A DNA stretch of 64,000 nt, taken from contig JAACVK010000026.1 of the NCBI GenBank assembly GCA_009991595.1, positions 25,109 to 89,108 on the forward strand, in the 5' to 3' direction. Both the position numbers and the translations under genes were made by a program. The DNA is from a bacterium (GTDB lineage Bacteria; Bdellovibrionota; UBA2428). Shown piece after piece: positions 61,252-64,000 of the stretch. Under the pieces are notes generated by a model that saw only the letters and a list, made by a program, of their open reading frames with translations, had not been told where the DNA came from and did no database searches. Within the stretch, counting starts at the first letter, position 1, and every line of letters begins with the position of its first letter.

Positions 61252-63192
61252 CTATGCCTTTACTGGTTTACTCAAATCGACAACGCCGGATTTGACTTCT
61301 TCAGCATCCGAAGTTTTAGAGTCTTTCTTTTCTTCAACACTAGAAGAGTTCTTCGCCGCGACAATCTGTTTAACAATTTCTTTGCCCTGCATGACCAACT
61401 CAACATCTGCCCCATCAATTGTTTCATATTTCAACAAGGCTTCAGACATAGCGTGAAGTTTCTCCACATTCTCTGTTAGAACTTTCTTGGCTCTATTGTA
61501 ATTTCGCTCAACAATCTCGCGAATCTCTTGATCAATCAATTGATTGGTCTCTTCACTAAAATGAGCCCCTGAAGAAATCTCACGTCCAAGAAACGGATTA
61601 TCGGAGCCACTTGCATAATTAAGCGGCCCCAAGCGTTCGCTCATTCCCCACTCAGTAACCATTTTTCGGGCAAGGTCAGTGGCTCTCTCGATATCGTTAC
61701 TAGCGCCTGTAGTGAAATGATTAAAAACCAACTCCTCGGCACTGCGTCCGCCCATCATATAAACGATCATTGCCTCGGCACGCGCTCGAGTTAACGAATA
61801 GGTGTCTTCCTTAGGTAGAGTCATGGTCACCCCCATGGCTGGACCGCGAGGAATGATCGTGACTTTGTGAACAGGGTCGTTTCCTTCAATCAGTCGTGCA
61901 ACGAGAGCATGACCGGCTTCGTGATAGGCCGTGTGTCTTTTTTCTTGGTCACTAACAACCATACTCTTTCGAGCAGAGCCCATAGCAACTTTATCTTTTG
62001 CTTCTTCAAAATCCTCTGGGTCAACCGTCTCAGAGTCACGGCGAGCAGCATTCAAGGCCGCTTCATTCACCAAGTTTGCAAGATCGGCTCCTGAAAACCC
62101 TGGAGTGCCACGAGCAACCACTTCGATATCAACCGCCTTAGATAATGGAACCTTGGCAACGTGCACATTTAAGATACCAATACGACCATTCAAGTCAGGC
62201 TTAGGAACCATAATGCGTCGATCAAATCGACCCGGTCTCAAAAGAGCGGGGTCCAAAACGTCGGCTCGGTTCGTCGCCGCAATAACAATAATGCCTTCTG
62301 TTCCCTCAAAACCATCCATCTCCACAAGAAGCTGATTAAGGGTTTGCTCACGTTCGTCGTGACCACCGCCAAGGCCTGCGCCTCGGTGCCGTCCAACAGC
62401 ATCAATTTCATCAATAAAAACTAAACAGGGAGCGGCTTTTTTTGCATTTTCAAAAAGTGAACGAACTCGACTAGCGCCAACCCCCACAAACATCTCCACG
62501 AAGTCTGATCCGGAAATAGAGAAAAAAGGTACCGATGCTTCACCCGCAACAGCTTTTGCCAACAAAGTCTTGCCTGTTCCTGGAGGGCCAATCAGCAACA
62601 CGCCCTTAGGGATTTTACCGCCAAGTCGCGTGAACTTTTTCGGGTGTTTTAAAAAGTCGACGATCTCTACCAAATCGTCTTTGGCTTCGTCACAACCAGA
62701 AACATCTTTGAAACGAAGTTTAGTCTGATTTTCATTAAATAACTTAGCTCGACTTTGCCCGAATGACATGGCCTTGTTTGAACCCGACTGCAATTGCCGC
62801 ATAAACAAAAAGAAAATGAACACGACTGCTAAAACTGGAAGCCAGCCAAGAAGAGCTGTTTTCCAAAAAGAATCTTCCTCTTCATAGTTTGGAGTAATAC
62901 CGGCCTCTTCAATGACTTTTATATAATACTCAGAGCGGGTATTCCCGTTAGTTTCGAAGCGTCCTGCTTTGCCCTCTACGCTTTTGTATCCCTCTTTATA
63001 CTCGCCAACGATTTTATTATTTCCGCGAAAAGTAATTTCCGCGACCTTGTCCTCTTTAACTTCTTTAATGAACTCGCTGAAGCTCAGCTTGGCAGTTTCG
63101 GGTTTCAAGTTTTGACTTTTGCCAACCACCCAAAGGATAGCAACGATAGCAAATAGCCAAACAATTAAACTAAAACGGTAATTCGACCTCAT
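61252..63192 (-). CDS. ftsH: ATP-dependent zinc metalloprotease FtsH
   Basis: Walker A 'GPPGTGKT'; second region of homology; zinc site '[10 protein letters not shown]'. Confidence 0.9.
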   Translation of the reverse strand: MRSNYRFSLIVWLFAIVAILWVVGKSQNLKPETAKLSFSEFIKEVKEDKVAEITFRGNNKIVGEYKEGYKSVEGKAGRFETNGNTRSEYYIKVIEEAGITPNYEEEDSFWKTALLGWLPVLAVVFIFFLFMRQLQSGSNKAMSFGQSRAKLFNENQTKLRFKDVSGCDEAKDDLVEIVDFLKHPKKFTRLGGKIPKGVLLIGPPGTGKTLLAKAVAGEASVPFFSISGSDFVEMFVGVGASRVRSLFENAKKAAPCLVFIDEIDAVGRHRGAGLGGGHDEREQTLNQLLVEMDGFEGTEGIIVIAATNRADVLDPALLRPGRFDRRIMVPKPDLNGRIGILNVHVAKVPLSKAVDIEVVARGTPGFSGADLANLVNEAALNAARRDSETVDPEDFEEAKDKVAMGSARKSMVVSDQEKRHTAYHEAGHALVARLIEGNDPVHKVTIIPRGPAMGVTMTLPKEDTYSLTRARAEAMIVYMMGGRSAEELVFNHFTTGASNDIERATDLARKMVTEWGMSERLGPLNYASGSDNPFLGREISSGAHFSEETNQLIDQEIREIVERNYNRAKKVLTENVEKLHAMSEALLKYETIDGADVELVMQGKEIVKQIVAAKNSSSVEEKKDSKTSDAEEVKSGVVDLSKPVKA

Positions 63193-63207
63193 CAGCTCAC
63201 CAACCTA

Positions 63208-64000
63208 TCACGAGCGTCTTCTAGCGCTCAAATTCTGCTCAAACAAAGACTCAAAGGCAACACAGCGTCCCACACCCTGATAGGCGAACTCCGGAAGCAC
63301 CTGAACACCAACCACCATAACAATGCTAGAGGGATTCTTAGCGTCGATCAAAAGAGGCCAACTTTTGTGAAAAGGCTTGGGAATACCGGCCCTTTTTAAG
63401 ATTGGCTCAATCTTCTCCATATCAAAGCGTTCAGCGCGACGGAGGATGACTTCAGACGGAAGCCGATCCCACTCTAAGCAGAGCTGTCCTTTCGGTAGGC
63501 GTTTCGGATCTTTGAAGTTAATCAAAAAACTGAACTTTAACGGGGAGCCCTTAACAGGAGCTGTTTTCAAGAAAGACCAAGCCATGGAATTCCCCATATA
63601 AAAAACCTTATTAAAGTCAACGACCTGAGAGGTTTCCCAGAGCACTCCAAACTCGGTTTCTGGGTTAAAGAGCCACTGGTCGCTCCGAATCAAAAAACTA
63701 CCCTTCGGATGAACCAACTCTTTGCCCATCAACAAGGCCTCAATCAGAGCAGGCGAAGACTCCAGATCCAGGGAATCTAACCAAACTCTCAGGAGACGTC
63801 GTCCGAGTGCCTTTGGATACTTTTCCAGGTAAGACATCGACAACATGTATTTATTCTCTGTTGGAAGCTGAGCTTTTAACCAATCTTCCAATTCTTGTTC
63901 TTCTTGATCAAGGCGGTGGCCTAAACGCGCAAGATTTTTAACAGAGGCCTTTCGAATGTCCTCAACAAGAGGAAAAACTTCGTTACGAATTCGATTTCTA
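63208..64000 (-). CDS. tilS: tRNA(Ile)-lysidine synthase, C-terminal part; the N-terminal part lies beyond the window end
   Basis: Minus-strand translation continues past 63891 as '...RNRIRNEVFPLVEDI...' (TilS motif); conserved position upstream of ftsH. Confidence 0.65.
   Translation of the reverse strand, partial: RNRIRNEVFPLVEDIRKASVKNLARLGHRLDQEEQELEDWLKAQLPTENKYMLSMSYLEKYPKALGRRLLRVWLDSLDLESSPALIEALLMGKELVHPKGSFLIRSDQWLFNPETEFGVLWETSQVVDFNKVFYMGNSMAWSFLKTAPVKGSPLKFSFLINFKDPKRLPKGQLCLEWDRLPSEVILRRAERFDMEKIEPILKRAGIPKPFHKSWPLLIDAKNPSSIVMVVGVQVLPEFAYQGVGRCVAFESLFEQNLSARRRS

Overview
This is a 64 kb bacterial chromosomal window in which almost every region is occupied by one of about 62 protein-coding genes (roughly 90% coding, moderate AT-richness by eye). 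I found no rRNA, tRNA, CRISPR array, transposase or integrase. The many secreted peptidases and the overall gene content fit a Bdellovibrio-like predatory lineage, but that is a low-confidence inference.

The confident calls are mostly housekeeping or accessory genes, in window order:
- 5' end: the tail of an oligopeptide ABC transporter (substrate-binding protein fragment, then OppB-like and OppC-like permeases), followed by a SpoIID-domain protein and sthA.
- The family-4 uracil-DNA glycosylase (udg), the ribosomal/GTPase cluster rplU-rpmA-obg-nadD, two M16 peptidases and crcB, then the queE-queD-queC-queF queuosine operon on the minus strand.
- ettA, tag, rsmJ, a C-terminal processing S41 peptidase, rocD, and a monomeric NADP-isocitrate dehydrogenase.
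- 3' end: the conserved block tilS-ftsH-cdaA-cdaR-glmM-nnr-tsaE on the minus strand.

The loci that most deserve a second look are:
- An archaeal-type DNA topoisomerase VI operon (top6B then top6A), transcribed divergently from the que operon.
- A secreted protein whose C-terminal 77 residues are a Tyr/Asn/Gly low-complexity tail, immediately upstream of an S8 peptidase gene that is bracketed by a pair of 26-bp inverted, internally palindromic repeats.
- A possible three-gene cassette: a frameshifted signal-peptide plus glycine-zipper protein, a small soluble protein, and a membrane protein resembling the gamma-carboxylase (HTTM) domain, an arrangement reminiscent of SdpC/SdpA/SdpB.
- A 1012-aa alpha/beta-hydrolase with a long coiled-coil tail, a secreted HNH nuclease, a degenerate HD-GYP protein, and a Pro-rich LAS-family cell-wall peptidase.

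All calls come from reading the supplied translations and the DNA directly. No database search was run.
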